Shown in pieces: positions 16,718 to 26,338 of a DNA stretch of 64,000 bases (the stretch's first letter is position 1; every line of letters begins with the position of its first letter). A program made the translations under genes and the position numbers. The notes beneath the pieces were generated by a model that was given only the letters and a program-made list of their open reading frames with translations, had not been told where the DNA came from and made no database searches. Location: the NCBI GenBank assembly GCA_903919615.1, contig CAIXIX010000588.1, positions 22,324 to 86,323 on the forward strand. The letters run 5' to 3'. Origin of the DNA: an uncultured Chthonomonas sp. (GTDB lineage Bacteria > Armatimonadota > Chthonomonadetes > Chthonomonadales > Chthonomonadaceae).

Positions 16718-18001
16718 TTGAAACCGATTGTTTTATCTACGCTCGGACTTGCTGCTGCGTTTGTGTGTTGTCTCCAGTGTCGTGCACAAGGTGAAGATAC
16801 CACGACGCCCCCACTGCAAAACAAGCGGTCCTCGTTTGAGGATATGCACCTCGGGCTTTTTGCACACTATATGTTTGTTGGCAAACCCTATAAATGGGGC
16901 TCAACGGAATGGGCAAATGGCAAGCTCGTTCAAAGCCTGGACGAACTTGCGGATAACCTGAACGTTCAGGATTTTGCGGATACCGCGGAGACCATGGGAG
17001 CCCAGTATGTGATGTTCACTGCCTGGCATGCCAACATGAACGCGCTCTTCCCGAGCAAGACGATGCGGAGACAGCTTCCCGGTCACTGCTCCCGTCGCGA
17101 CGCGATCGCCGATCTTATCCACGCTCTTAAAGCGAAACATATACGTACGGTGCTCTATATCCATCCAAGCGATGGGCACGACCTGACGATAGAGGATCAG
17201 GATCGTGTGGGCTGGAATGATGGCGCGCCGTGGAAGAGATGGAACGACTTTATTAACGAGCTTGTTGCTGAGGTAGTAGCCCGGTACGGCAAGAACCTTT
17301 CCGGTTTCTATATCGACGGTGGCCTGCCGCCCCAGGTTGATCCCCCGCGCCTGCGCCGCACGGTGCTTGCCGGCATGCCGCATGCCTGGATGATTCAGAA
17401 CTCAGGATTGAACCGCGACCTGGTCGATTTTGGAGCCACTGAGAACAGGATGGTTCCGCCCTACCCACCAACTACCTGGCTGCGCTGCCAGGTGATTACG
17501 GAGGAGTGGTGGGCAATGCAAGCGACATGCCAATGGAGCCCGGAGCTTGCCTATCGATACACGGTACTGCAGGCGGCAGTTACGGGAAGAATGGGCGGAG
17601 GGGTCGCGTGGTCGTTCGGCCCGCAGCCTGGAGGAACGTGGGAGGTTGGAGTTCGAGGCTTCTGTCAGGGGCTTGGCGAGCTGGTGCGGCGCGCCGGACC
17701 TTCGCTGTTTGGCACCCGACCATCGAAAGCCTGGGTCACCACCGATCAGCCGTTAGAAGGCAGGCAGTTTGTGGCAACCGAGTCGGCAGATGGGAAGCGC
17801 AGCTACATTCACCTGTTTATTCCGCCGAAAGGCAGAGAAATTGTTGTATCTGCGCCCGCAAACGGGAAGCGGTTCACGAGCGCATATGTGCTTGGCAGCG
17901 GTCACAAGATTGCCTTATCGGAGACCGATAAAGGTTTACATCTAACACTTGGCGAGAAAGATAAATGGGACGCTGTAGATACGATCATTGAGCTTGAATA
18001 A
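16718..18001 (+). CDS. Secreted GH29-like (alpha-L-fucosidase family) protein
   Basis: TTG start with signal peptide MKPIVLSTLGLAAAFVCCLQCRA. LGLFAHYMF and AQYVMFTAWHANMNALF resemble the GH29 N-terminal barrel motifs. Family call is tentative. Confidence 0.6.
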   Translation: MKPIVLSTLGLAAAFVCCLQCRAQGEDTTTPPLQNKRSSFEDMHLGLFAHYMFVGKPYKWGSTEWANGKLVQSLDELADNLNVQDFADTAETMGAQYVMFTAWHANMNALFPSKTMRRQLPGHCSRRDAIADLIHALKAKHIRTVLYIHPSDGHDLTIEDQDRVGWNDGAPWKRWNDFINELVAEVVARYGKNLSGFYIDGGLPPQVDPPRLRRTVLAGMPHAWMIQNSGLNRDLVDFGATENRMVPPYPPTTWLRCQVITEEWWAMQATCQWSPELAYRYTVLQAAVTGRMGGGVAWSFGPQPGGTWEVGVRGFCQGLGELVRRAGPSLFGTRPSKAWVTTDQPLEGRQFVATESADGKRSYIHLFIPPKGREIVVSAPANGKRFTSAYVLGSGHKIALSETDKGLHLTLGEKDKWDAVDTIIELE

Positions 18002-18028
18002 AGCCTCACCTACAATCGTCCCGCTTAA

Positions 18029-19945
18029 TTAATGTCGCTTGGGCTTATTGTGAGATTTGAACTTCGGCTTGGTTTTGGCTTTGGCTTTAGCAAGCTCTTT
18101 TCGCATATCCTCAATAAAGGACGATTCGGGATCGACCTCCTCGAGCTGTTCCAGCCAATTCGACGCGGCTTCTACGTTGCCCTCTTGCAGGCTGAGCATA
18201 ATGGATGCCTCGCAAAACGCAGCAAACGTCTCATCATCGCAATCGTCCAGCATCTCCTCTTCCACCCGGTTGAGAACGACTCTGGCTTCGCGTGATTTGC
18301 CTACTACAACATGGACATGAGCCATGCTGATGGCCACTCCTGGTTCATCTGGATAATCTGAATACAGCGCCGACATTAGCTGATGGCCAGACTCCACATT
18401 TCCTGTAACCAGTTCTAACTGCGCGAGCATGATGCGCGCCTGACAGTTTTCACCGTCAATCTCAATTACTTCATTGATGAGCACTCGAGCTGTTTCAAAC
18501 TCTCCGCTGTCGATCTGCTCCGATGCCTGCTGCAGCAGAATGTCCTCCGCCGTTTCGATCTCGTCGTCATCTTCTTCATCGAACACATCGCTGAAATCGG
18601 CACTGGATACGAGCTCACCATTCACCCATATAGGGTGCGGACCAGTGGCGATCTGTTCTGTTTTAACCAGAAACCGGTATGCCTCGATTCGAAGTTCATC
18701 GCCGCCATGTAGGCCAGCAGCAAATTGAAGAAGCGCATCCTTCACTTCGACCGGAGGCAGGGAGAGCGCAGTTCCGAGGCCGATGCGCACCATCTGCTCA
18801 TCGCCTTCCATCAACATCCAGGGAAAACATCGTTTCAGCCACGATTGCTCTTCCAAAAGTTGGGGCATTGGATCTTCGCAATCGCTGTCATCATCAAGCA
18901 GGTCCATCAGCGTCTCAGTAACCGCTCTCGGCATCTCAACAACCGAACCACTAACCCAGGCGCCATTTCTGAATTCTGCAGGTCGATTTTGGTCTGCCAG
19001 ACAGTCGGCAGCAAATGGCATATCTGGAGATGCTTCAGTCGATTTACGCCAAAACTTCTCTGCGTCGGCCCGTTTTCCAGTTCGCTGATGCGCTACTGCT
19101 ACGATGTGGTAGATCGTAGCTCTAGCGATATCGGAAAGGTGGTCGATTTTCGCCTTCGCATACACATCCAAAACAGCCGAAAAATCGCCGCAGAGACCAA
19201 GTGTCTGCAAACAGGTTGCGAGATCAATATCGAGATAGTTTGCGCGAATGCGTTGCGCCACTGCGTGCGCCGCCTCCGTGTTGCCGTTAAAAATGTGGGC
19301 TCGAACCAGTGAGGCCAGCGGCAGAAGGGCATCTGGCGAGATCTTGAGCGCCGCTTCGTACTGCTCAATGGCTTCAGCCATCAAACCATTTTGCAGAAGC
19401 GTCCGACCATGCGCACAGCGGACAGTTACGCAGTTCGGATATTCCTTCACGGCATCCTGGCTGAAGCTCAATGCGACACTCAGCTCAGCGGAGTTTAATG
19501 CTTCACGAACTAATTCGGATTCAGCGAGCGCTTCGAAATCCTGAAGATCCTCTTTCGCCAGCATAGGCTGGTGTTCTAGCAGGGCGCGGACCTCTCTCGA
19601 CAACGCTAAATACGACGGGCTAATGCAGAGTGGATGGCTCAAGTAAACGAGTGCGGTAGCAAACATGCCGTTATCGAGAAAATAGGGGACAGCCTTGTCG
19701 ATCAAGGGCAAGGGATTGTCGGACATCTGTACAAGCGTTTCGTATTCACAGGCAACTATATACGAATCGCCTACCGCCATCCCGGCGTCGGCAACTTTAA
19801 GATGAACCCGATAGTCTTGCGGATAGTCGTCCTGAAGCTGGATTGCTGCATCTAGAGCGTCGAGAGCCTTGTCCTGTTTCAGCAGCCTATCTATCTTGCG
19901 GAGCCCGCTCTCCAGCGCTTCATCGCGTATCGGTTTTCTTACCAT
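18029..19945 (-). CDS. TPR-repeat protein with lysine-rich C-terminal tail
   Basis: 638-aa ORF with no signal peptide. Repeated 34-aa helical TPR-like units throughout. Tail KAKAKTKPKFKSHNKPKRH. Confidence 0.7.
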   Translation of the reverse strand: MVRKPIRDEALESGLRKIDRLLKQDKALDALDAAIQLQDDYPQDYRVHLKVADAGMAVGDSYIVACEYETLVQMSDNPLPLIDKAVPYFLDNGMFATALVYLSHPLCISPSYLALSREVRALLEHQPMLAKEDLQDFEALAESELVREALNSAELSVALSFSQDAVKEYPNCVTVRCAHGRTLLQNGLMAEAIEQYEAALKISPDALLPLASLVRAHIFNGNTEAAHAVAQRIRANYLDIDLATCLQTLGLCGDFSAVLDVYAKAKIDHLSDIARATIYHIVAVAHQRTGKRADAEKFWRKSTEASPDMPFAADCLADQNRPAEFRNGAWVSGSVVEMPRAVTETLMDLLDDDSDCEDPMPQLLEEQSWLKRCFPWMLMEGDEQMVRIGLGTALSLPPVEVKDALLQFAAGLHGGDELRIEAYRFLVKTEQIATGPHPIWVNGELVSSADFSDVFDEEDDDEIETAEDILLQQASEQIDSGEFETARVLINEVIEIDGENCQARIMLAQLELVTGNVESGHQLMSALYSDYPDEPGVAISMAHVHVVVGKSREARVVLNRVEEEMLDDCDDETFAAFCEASIMLSLQEGNVEAASNWLEQLEEVDPESSFIEDMRKELAKAKAKTKPKFKSHNKPKRH

Positions 19946-20071
19946 CGTGTTCTCAGTATCTTTCCCTAACCCGTCTTATTCGTTCACAATCATCATAATG
20001 CAAAAGCGCAGCATCGGGCGCCAGTACTGTTTATGAGGAAGGCGGGTTATCAGCAAATCGTAATACTATCA

Positions 20072-21634
20072 TTATGACAGGATCTGTTTCATGACGCGAC
20101 CTTCGTCGGTTGGGCCAATGAGCCGGTTGTTCAGTCCCAAGTATCGGTACGAGAACCGGAATGGATCGAGGCCAAGCTGATGTAGAATCGTCGCTTGAAG
20201 GTCGCGTACCGTCATCTTATCCTTCGCGATGTAGTAGGCAAGCTCATCGGTTTCGCCAAATGCGAGCCCTGGCTTAATACCACCGCCCGCCATCCACATC
20301 GAGAAACCGTAGGGGTGATGGTCGCGTCCAATGAAGCCCTTTACACGCTCGGTTCGCACATTGTTCTGCTGCATTGGGGTTCGGCCGAACTCGCCGCCCC
20401 ACACGATCAAGGTACTGTCAAGAAGTCCCCGCTGTTTCAGATCTGTCAGCAATCCGCCTATCGCTTTATCGATCTGCTTGCACTTAATTGGCAGCCCTTC
20501 GTCAATCGATTCGCCGGGCGAACTGCCGTGATGGTCCCATCCCCAATCATACAGTTGCACGAACCGAACTCCGCGCTCAACGAGACGCCTTGCCAGCAAG
20601 CAGTTGTTTGCGAAGGTCGCGTCGTCGCCACGATAGTTGGCGCGTGGATCGTCCTGACCGACAATGTTCGAGACGTAGCCGGGTTTTGCGCCGTATAGAT
20701 CGAGGATGTTCTTGGGCTCTTTCGAGATGTCCATCACTTCCGGCACAGAGATCTGCATGCGATAGGCAAGCTCATACTGCGCAATGCGGGTCAGCGTCTC
20801 GTCGTCGCCAACATGCTGATGCTGAAAATGGTTCAAATCGTTCAGCGCATCCAGCGTTTTCCTGCGCAGTTCGCGATCCATTCCACCAGGATTGCTCAGG
20901 TAAAGAACGGGGTCGCCGCCATCGGTTCTGCACTGTACTCCCTGATAAATGCTAGGCAGGAAGCCGCTGCCCCAGACACTTGTGCCGGCATCGGGAGCTT
21001 TGCCACCACTGGTTAGCACAACAAATCCTGGCAGATCCTGATTGACGGAGCCCAGACCATAGGTGGTCCAGGCGCCCATGCTGGGGTAACCGAAACGGCT
21101 TTGACCTGTATGAATAAAGAGCTGGGCCGGCGCATGATTGAACTGTTCCGTGAACATCGACCGGATCACGCATATATCGTCGGCTTTCGCCGCTAGATTT
21201 GGCAAAAGTTCACTGATGTACTGACCGCTCTGCCCGTGCCGCTCGAACTTAAACTGATGCCCGAGCATCTTGGGCACACCCCTAATAAACGCGAAGCGCT
21301 TGCCTTTCAGGAACTCAGCCGGGCAGTCTTTACCATCGTACTTGTTCAGTTCTGGCTTGTACTCAAATAGCTCCAACTGCGAGGGCGAACCGGCCATGTG
21401 CAGGTAGATGACCGCCTTCGCCTTTTGCGGAATCATTGGCGCTTTTGGTGCGAGTGGGCCAGGCGCTGCAACATATGGCTTTGTCTGCGCGTGCCCATCC
21501 TGCTGCAGCAGCGTTTCGAGCGCGATCGATCCCAACCCGACTCCAACCCCGCCAAAGAACTGCCTACGCGTTGAGGCAAGGGCGCGCTGAAGCGGCAGAT
21601 CGTGTTCTATATCGATTTCAGGATCTCTACTCAT
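20072..21634 (-). CDS. DUF1501 (sulfatase/alkaline-phosphatase-fold) protein with Tat signal
   Basis: STRRQFFGGVGVGLGSIAL twin-arginine signal. Conserved DUF1501 blocks GGEFGRTP and GRDHHP. Starts 9 nt after the stop of the upstream DUF1553 gene. Confidence 0.85.
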   Translation of the reverse strand: MSRDPEIDIEHDLPLQRALASTRRQFFGGVGVGLGSIALETLLQQDGHAQTKPYVAAPGPLAPKAPMIPQKAKAVIYLHMAGSPSQLELFEYKPELNKYDGKDCPAEFLKGKRFAFIRGVPKMLGHQFKFERHGQSGQYISELLPNLAAKADDICVIRSMFTEQFNHAPAQLFIHTGQSRFGYPSMGAWTTYGLGSVNQDLPGFVVLTSGGKAPDAGTSVWGSGFLPSIYQGVQCRTDGGDPVLYLSNPGGMDRELRRKTLDALNDLNHFQHQHVGDDETLTRIAQYELAYRMQISVPEVMDISKEPKNILDLYGAKPGYVSNIVGQDDPRANYRGDDATFANNCLLARRLVERGVRFVQLYDWGWDHHGSSPGESIDEGLPIKCKQIDKAIGGLLTDLKQRGLLDSTLIVWGGEFGRTPMQQNNVRTERVKGFIGRDHHPYGFSMWMAGGGIKPGLAFGETDELAYYIAKDKMTVRDLQATILHQLGLDPFRFSYRYLGLNNRLIGPTDEGRVMKQILS

Positions 21635-21643
21635 GGCTCTCTT

Positions 21644-24600
21644 TCACGGTTTGCTCACCGTCTCATCCAGGTTGAGCAGAACATTGGCGACCGTTATGCA
21701 GGCAGCCAGCTCGGCGCCACGGTCCTCAGAGGCGGACAGATTTGCAGCGGCCAAAAGGCTCTTCGCCGCCTCAGGCTTTGCTTTGAACCCGGCTAGCGTC
21801 AGCCTATAGAGCGCAACGAGCCGCGATGCCTCTGCGGGGTAGGGTACGCGAACCAGAGTGCGGCGAAATCCGGTTACGATTCTCTGCTGCACATCTGTCG
21901 GGCTCGCTGCGAGCATCGCCTTACCAAGCGCGCCTGCAGCCTCAATATATGCCGGGTCGTTGAGCGTAACGAGCGCCTGCAGCGGTGTGTTCGTGCGAAT
22001 TCGGCGGACCACACAGAACTCGCCGCTGCCGGCATCGAAGGTTGTCATCGCCGGATAGGGGCTTGAACGGCGCCAGAAGGTATACAATCCGCGCCGGTAT
22101 CGATCTTCCCCTTTGCTGGTCTCCCACTTCATGCCGCTATAAACGGTCCGCCAGATGCCGGATGGCTGAGGCGGCATCATGGACGGGCCATACATTTTCG
22201 AAGAAAGCAGCCCGGAAACGGCAAGCGCCTGGTCGCGTATCATCTCCGCCGTCATGCGGAAGCGCGGACCTCGGCTCAATAGCAGATTGCGAGGATCGAT
22301 CTTCTTCTTGAGTGGCGTCGCAACCGATGCCTGTCGATAGGTAGAAGACATAACGATTGTCTTGCACAGCTTCTTGAACGACCAGCCCATGTCATCTCGG
22401 AAACTTGCCGCCAGATAGTTGAGAAGATCAGGATTCGATGGTGGCACGCCCTGGGTGCCAAAGTCCTCTTCGGTCTCAACAATGCCAACGCCGAACATGC
22501 GTGCCCAGATTCGATTAACGGCGACACGCGGTGTGAGAGGGTTGGATTTGGAAACAAGCCACTGCGCCGCTCCGAGGCGATTGGGCGGCGCTCCCGCTGG
22601 AAGCGCGCCAAACGCTGCCGGAACTGCAGGCGTAACGGTATCACCCGGATCCATAAAATTACCGCGACGGTGGATGCGAGTGACCCGTTGCTTATCCGTC
22701 GTAAGCTCTTTCATGATCGGAATTCGCGGTATCGAAGCCTCAAGCGTTTTCTGCTCGGCTTCCGCTGCGGCAATCTGCTTCCAGATGGCATCCGTCGGGG
22801 CATGTGTCTGTCGGAACGCCTCTTTCAGACGCTGTCGATCGGCGTCCGATCGCTTTGCAGCGGCTCTCGCGGCGATCTCAGAAATATCATCTGCCGTGGG
22901 CTGAAGCAGCTTGGGATCGGAAGATGAGAACGAAATTCGGAAACATCCGTGCTGCAGGCGTGCGTAGTTTTGCCGGATCGTCAAGCGCACCTGCTGGTTT
23001 GCATCGACCGCAGGCAGAGGAGATTTGAGATCAAATATTGCCACGTGCGCCTGAGCGTTCTGTGGTGAAAAGGCCCAGCCTGTATCTGGGTTGCCGTCAA
23101 TCGCCGCGCTAACCGGCCAGCCACCTTGCTCAAAATCGGCTCGCGCATTGGTAAGTGCCAACTTCGAGCCAGCTGCGGCATTCGGAGCGATCGACTCTAT
23201 CGTTATCTCAGACGTGACGACGTTCTGATCGGCAGCATCCCGTCCAGGGCCGCCGTTGGGCAAGGATGGATCTTTCAGCGCCTCGAGCCTCATCGCAGTT
23301 ATTCCGCCAGCCGGAACCGCACAGGTCAGTGTATAGACATCTTTGTCCTTGTGCGTGCCGGAAACCAGCAGAGCGCCATCGGCACGAGCATGGATTGTTG
23401 CGCCGCTCTCAGCCTTCGCTTCGATGTGTGATGCGTTGCTCCATGTTCTTGATGCTGCGAGCTGTTTCTCCCAGGCTGGCTGCTGCGCATCCAGATTGGG
23501 ACTGTCCCGATTGAACGACTCACGGAGCGATATGACACGGCCCTGGACCTCCGCAAGCTTCTTGCGCTGATCCTCGGACGGCATTTGCGCCGTAGGTGTT
23601 TCATCGCCATAATTCGCATCGGCCGTCTGATTGAACAGCGCGTAGAACCGATAGTACTCCTGATTGGTGACGGGATCGTACTTGTGCGAATGGCACTTTG
23701 CGCAGCCAATCGTAAGCCCCATCCACACCTGCCCGGTGGTGTCTACGCGATCCTTGATGGCAGCAACCCGGAACTCTTCAGGATCAACTCCCCCTTCGGT
23801 ATTTGTCATCGTGTTGCGATGACAGGCCGTTGCGAGCAACTGAGAATCGGTTGGGTTCGGCAGCAGGTCGCCGGCAAGCTGTTCTACGGTGAAGCGATCG
23901 TAGGGCATATCGGTATTAAACGCATCGATCACCCAATCCCGGTAACGCCAGATGGTTCGCGGGTTGTCCTTCTCGTACCCCTGCGTATCCGCATACCGCA
24001 TCAGATCCAGCCACATTCGCGCCCAGTACTCGCCATAACGCGGCGAGTTGAGCAGGCGATCGACCGCATGCTCGTATGCCTGCTTGCTCCCATCACTCAT
24101 AAAAGCGGCAACATCGGATTGCGCTGGAGCAAGCCCCGTCAAGTCGAGCGACAGCCGGCGTATCAGCGTGTAGCGATCTGCCTCAGGCGCAGGAATCAGA
24201 CCGGCCTTTTGCAGCCCATGCATCACGAAGCTATCGATGGGATTCCGTATCCATGCGGACTGAGTCCCTTTGATCTTCGGCTGCGCCGGCCGAGTAATAG
24301 GAGAGAATGCCCAGTGATCGGCGTAGGGCGCACCCTGCTGTACCCAGAGCGACAGCAGCCGCTTCTGTTCGGCACTTAGCTTGTGCTGAGAAGCGACCGG
24401 AGGCATAATCAGGTCGGACGACGAGGTATTGATCCTCGCAATAATATCGCTCTTTTCCGGTTTGCCCGGATCGATCGCCCTGCCAGACGGGCGAGATGCT
24501 ATCGCCGTATCGCGCGTATCCAGCCGCAGCCCACCCTGGCGCGTAAGCGGATCCTGACCGTGACACGTGAAACAATTGATCGCAAGAATAGGCCGGATGT

Positions 24601-24745
24601 CTTTGCTGTAATCGACCGGGGCACGGAGGCGCAGATTGTCCGGCGGACTTGATTTGTGCGGCGATGCGCAGACAGAGGACGCCGCAAAGGCCAACAGCGG
24701 AGCCATCAGACGAGACGCTCGGTTAAGTGCGAAAATCAAATTCAT
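21644..24745 (-). CDS. PSCyt / DUF1549 / DUF1553 protein (planctomycete-type cytochrome c domain protein)
   Basis: Signal peptide, haem motif CFTCHG, then the DUF1549 block (RRLSLDLTGLAP) and the DUF1553 block (CAKCHSHKYDP). ATG 24745 chosen. GTG 24763, the track start, would overlap the upstream stop as GTGA. Confidence 0.85.
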   Translation of the reverse strand: MNLIFALNRASRLMAPLLAFAASSVCASPHKSSPPDNLRLRAPVDYSKDIRPILAINCFTCHGQDPLTRQGGLRLDTRDTAIASRPSGRAIDPGKPEKSDIIARINTSSSDLIMPPVASQHKLSAEQKRLLSLWVQQGAPYADHWAFSPITRPAQPKIKGTQSAWIRNPIDSFVMHGLQKAGLIPAPEADRYTLIRRLSLDLTGLAPAQSDVAAFMSDGSKQAYEHAVDRLLNSPRYGEYWARMWLDLMRYADTQGYEKDNPRTIWRYRDWVIDAFNTDMPYDRFTVEQLAGDLLPNPTDSQLLATACHRNTMTNTEGGVDPEEFRVAAIKDRVDTTGQVWMGLTIGCAKCHSHKYDPVTNQEYYRFYALFNQTADANYGDETPTAQMPSEDQRKKLAEVQGRVISLRESFNRDSPNLDAQQPAWEKQLAASRTWSNASHIEAKAESGATIHARADGALLVSGTHKDKDVYTLTCAVPAGGITAMRLEALKDPSLPNGGPGRDAADQNVVTSEITIESIAPNAAAGSKLALTNARADFEQGGWPVSAAIDGNPDTGWAFSPQNAQAHVAIFDLKSPLPAVDANQQVRLTIRQNYARLQHGCFRISFSSSDPKLLQPTADDISEIAARAAAKRSDADRQRLKEAFRQTHAPTDAIWKQIAAAEAEQKTLEASIPRIPIMKELTTDKQRVTRIHRRGNFMDPGDTVTPAVPAAFGALPAGAPPNRLGAAQWLVSKSNPLTPRVAVNRIWARMFGVGIVETEEDFGTQGVPPSNPDLLNYLAASFRDDMGWSFKKLCKTIVMSSTYRQASVATPLKKKIDPRNLLLSRGPRFRMTAEMIRDQALAVSGLLSSKMYGPSMMPPQPSGIWRTVYSGMKWETSKGEDRYRRGLYTFWRRSSPYPAMTTFDAGSGEFCVVRRIRTNTPLQALVTLNDPAYIEAAGALGKAMLAASPTDVQQRIVTGFRRTLVRVPYPAEASRLVALYRLTLAGFKAKPEAAKSLLAAANLSASEDRGAELAACITVANVLLNLDETVSKP

Positions 24746-24759
24746 AGGATGTCTCAAGA

Positions 24760-26229
24760 TCACGAGATGATGCCGGGTACGAGCGCCCCGTGAACATCGG
24801 TCAGTCGGAAGTCGCGGCCCTGATAGCGGTAGGTGAGTTTTGTATGCTCAATTCCGAGCTGATGCAGTATCGTCGCCTGCAGATCGTAGGGATGAACCCC
24901 ATCTGCCTCAACGTTGTAGCAGTATTCATCTGGCTTGCCATAGACGGTGCCGCCCTTAAAACCTCCGCCTGCAACCCACATGCTGTAGCAGGTGCCGAGA
25001 TGATCCCTGCCATGCGCGTTGGGCTTAGTGATGTCTCCCTGGACAAAGGTGGTTCGGCCAAACTCGCCGCCCCAGAGGACGATCGTGTCGTCTAGCAAGC
25101 CCCGCTGCTTTAGATCCATCACCAGTGCTGCCGAGGGTTGATCGGTATCTTTACACTGTAACGCAAGCTGCGTATCCAGGTTGCCGTGCTGATCCCAGCC
25201 AGCGTGCATAAGCTGGACAAACCGAACCCCGCGCTCAAGAAGCCGCCGTGCAAGCAGGCAGTTACGAGCAAAAGACCCCTTGCGCTGCACATCCGGCCCG
25301 TACATATCCAGAATGCTTTTCGGCTCCTTTGAGATATCCAGCAGGTCCGGCACGCTGGTCTGCATCTTGTAGGCCATCTCGTACTGGGTAATTCGGGTTT
25401 CGATTTCGGGATCGCCGAATTCCGTGAGCCGCCGATGATTCAGTTCTGAAATGTCATCAAGCTGGCCACGCCGTAGGCTGCGGCTGGTGCCTGAAGGATC
25501 TGCCAGATAGAGAACGGGGTCGCCCTCCCCACGGAAGCGCACTCCCTGATAGCGAGACGGCAGAAAGCCGCTGCCCCAGTAGTAGTCGTAGAAGAGCTGG
25601 CCGCAGGTCTTGCCGGTATCCATTGAGGTCATCACGCAGAAGGCAGGCAGTTCGCTCGTAACGCATCCCAACCCGTAGGTGGCCCAGGCGCCCATGCTGG
25701 GCCGACCGGGTATCTGGCTGCCCGTCATGAAGAGCGTGACGCCAGGAGCGTGATTCACCGCCTCGGTATGCATCGAGTTGATCAAGCAGATCTCGTCCGA
25801 AATTCCGCCGGTGTATGGCAGCATCTCGGAGAGCCACATCCCGTTCTTTCCATACTGCTTAAAGGGCTTGATCGGAGGCAGAACCGGGTAGTTTTTCTGC
25901 CCGGCCGTCATGGTCGAAAGGCGTCCTTTGGATCGGATCGAATCAGGCACCTGTTGCATTCGGCGCTGCTCGAGCAGTGGCTGATGCTGAAAAAGATCCA
26001 CATGCGAGGGAGCGCCGCCCTGCCAGAGTACCACCACGCGCTTTGCCTTAGGCGCGAAATGCGGCAACCCCTGCAGGCCGGGAATCGCAAGCTTCTCTTT
26101 GCCAGGAGGCGCCGCCATACCCTCCTGCTCCAACAGACTAGCGATTGCTGCTATTCCAATGCCGCTGGCCGTTTTTCCAAACAGCTCCCGCCGCGAAGCG
26201 CGAAGATCATTCTCAAAAAGTGGGTTCAT
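24760..26229 (-). CDS. DUF1501 (sulfatase-fold) protein with Tat-like signal
   Basis: ASRRELFGKTASGIGIAAIASL signal plus GGEFGRTT and GRDHL blocks. Paralog of 20072..21634. Confidence 0.85.
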   Translation of the reverse strand: MNPLFENDLRASRRELFGKTASGIGIAAIASLLEQEGMAAPPGKEKLAIPGLQGLPHFAPKAKRVVVLWQGGAPSHVDLFQHQPLLEQRRMQQVPDSIRSKGRLSTMTAGQKNYPVLPPIKPFKQYGKNGMWLSEMLPYTGGISDEICLINSMHTEAVNHAPGVTLFMTGSQIPGRPSMGAWATYGLGCVTSELPAFCVMTSMDTGKTCGQLFYDYYWGSGFLPSRYQGVRFRGEGDPVLYLADPSGTSRSLRRGQLDDISELNHRRLTEFGDPEIETRITQYEMAYKMQTSVPDLLDISKEPKSILDMYGPDVQRKGSFARNCLLARRLLERGVRFVQLMHAGWDQHGNLDTQLALQCKDTDQPSAALVMDLKQRGLLDDTIVLWGGEFGRTTFVQGDITKPNAHGRDHLGTCYSMWVAGGGFKGGTVYGKPDEYCYNVEADGVHPYDLQATILHQLGIEHTKLTYRYQGRDFRLTDVHGALVPGIIS

Positions 26230-26252
26230 ATCAGGCCTCGAACCATAAAGAC

Positions 26253-26328
26253 AGGTAAGTCGGTAGTTGTGTAAGTTGGTAAATGGATTATGCGGATTCA
26301 GGCGTTAGGTTTCAGGTGTTAGGACGGA
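26253..26328 (+). repeat. G/T-rich short tandem tract, copy B4 (longest)
   Basis: GGTAAGTCGGTAGTTGTGTAAGTTGGTAAATGGATTATGCGGATTCAGGCGTTAGGTTTCAGGTGTTAGGACGGAT. It fills the 109-nt spacer between the DUF1553 stop (26339) and the DUF1501 start (26229). Confidence 0.75.
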
Positions 26329-26338
26329 TATGGCCAGC

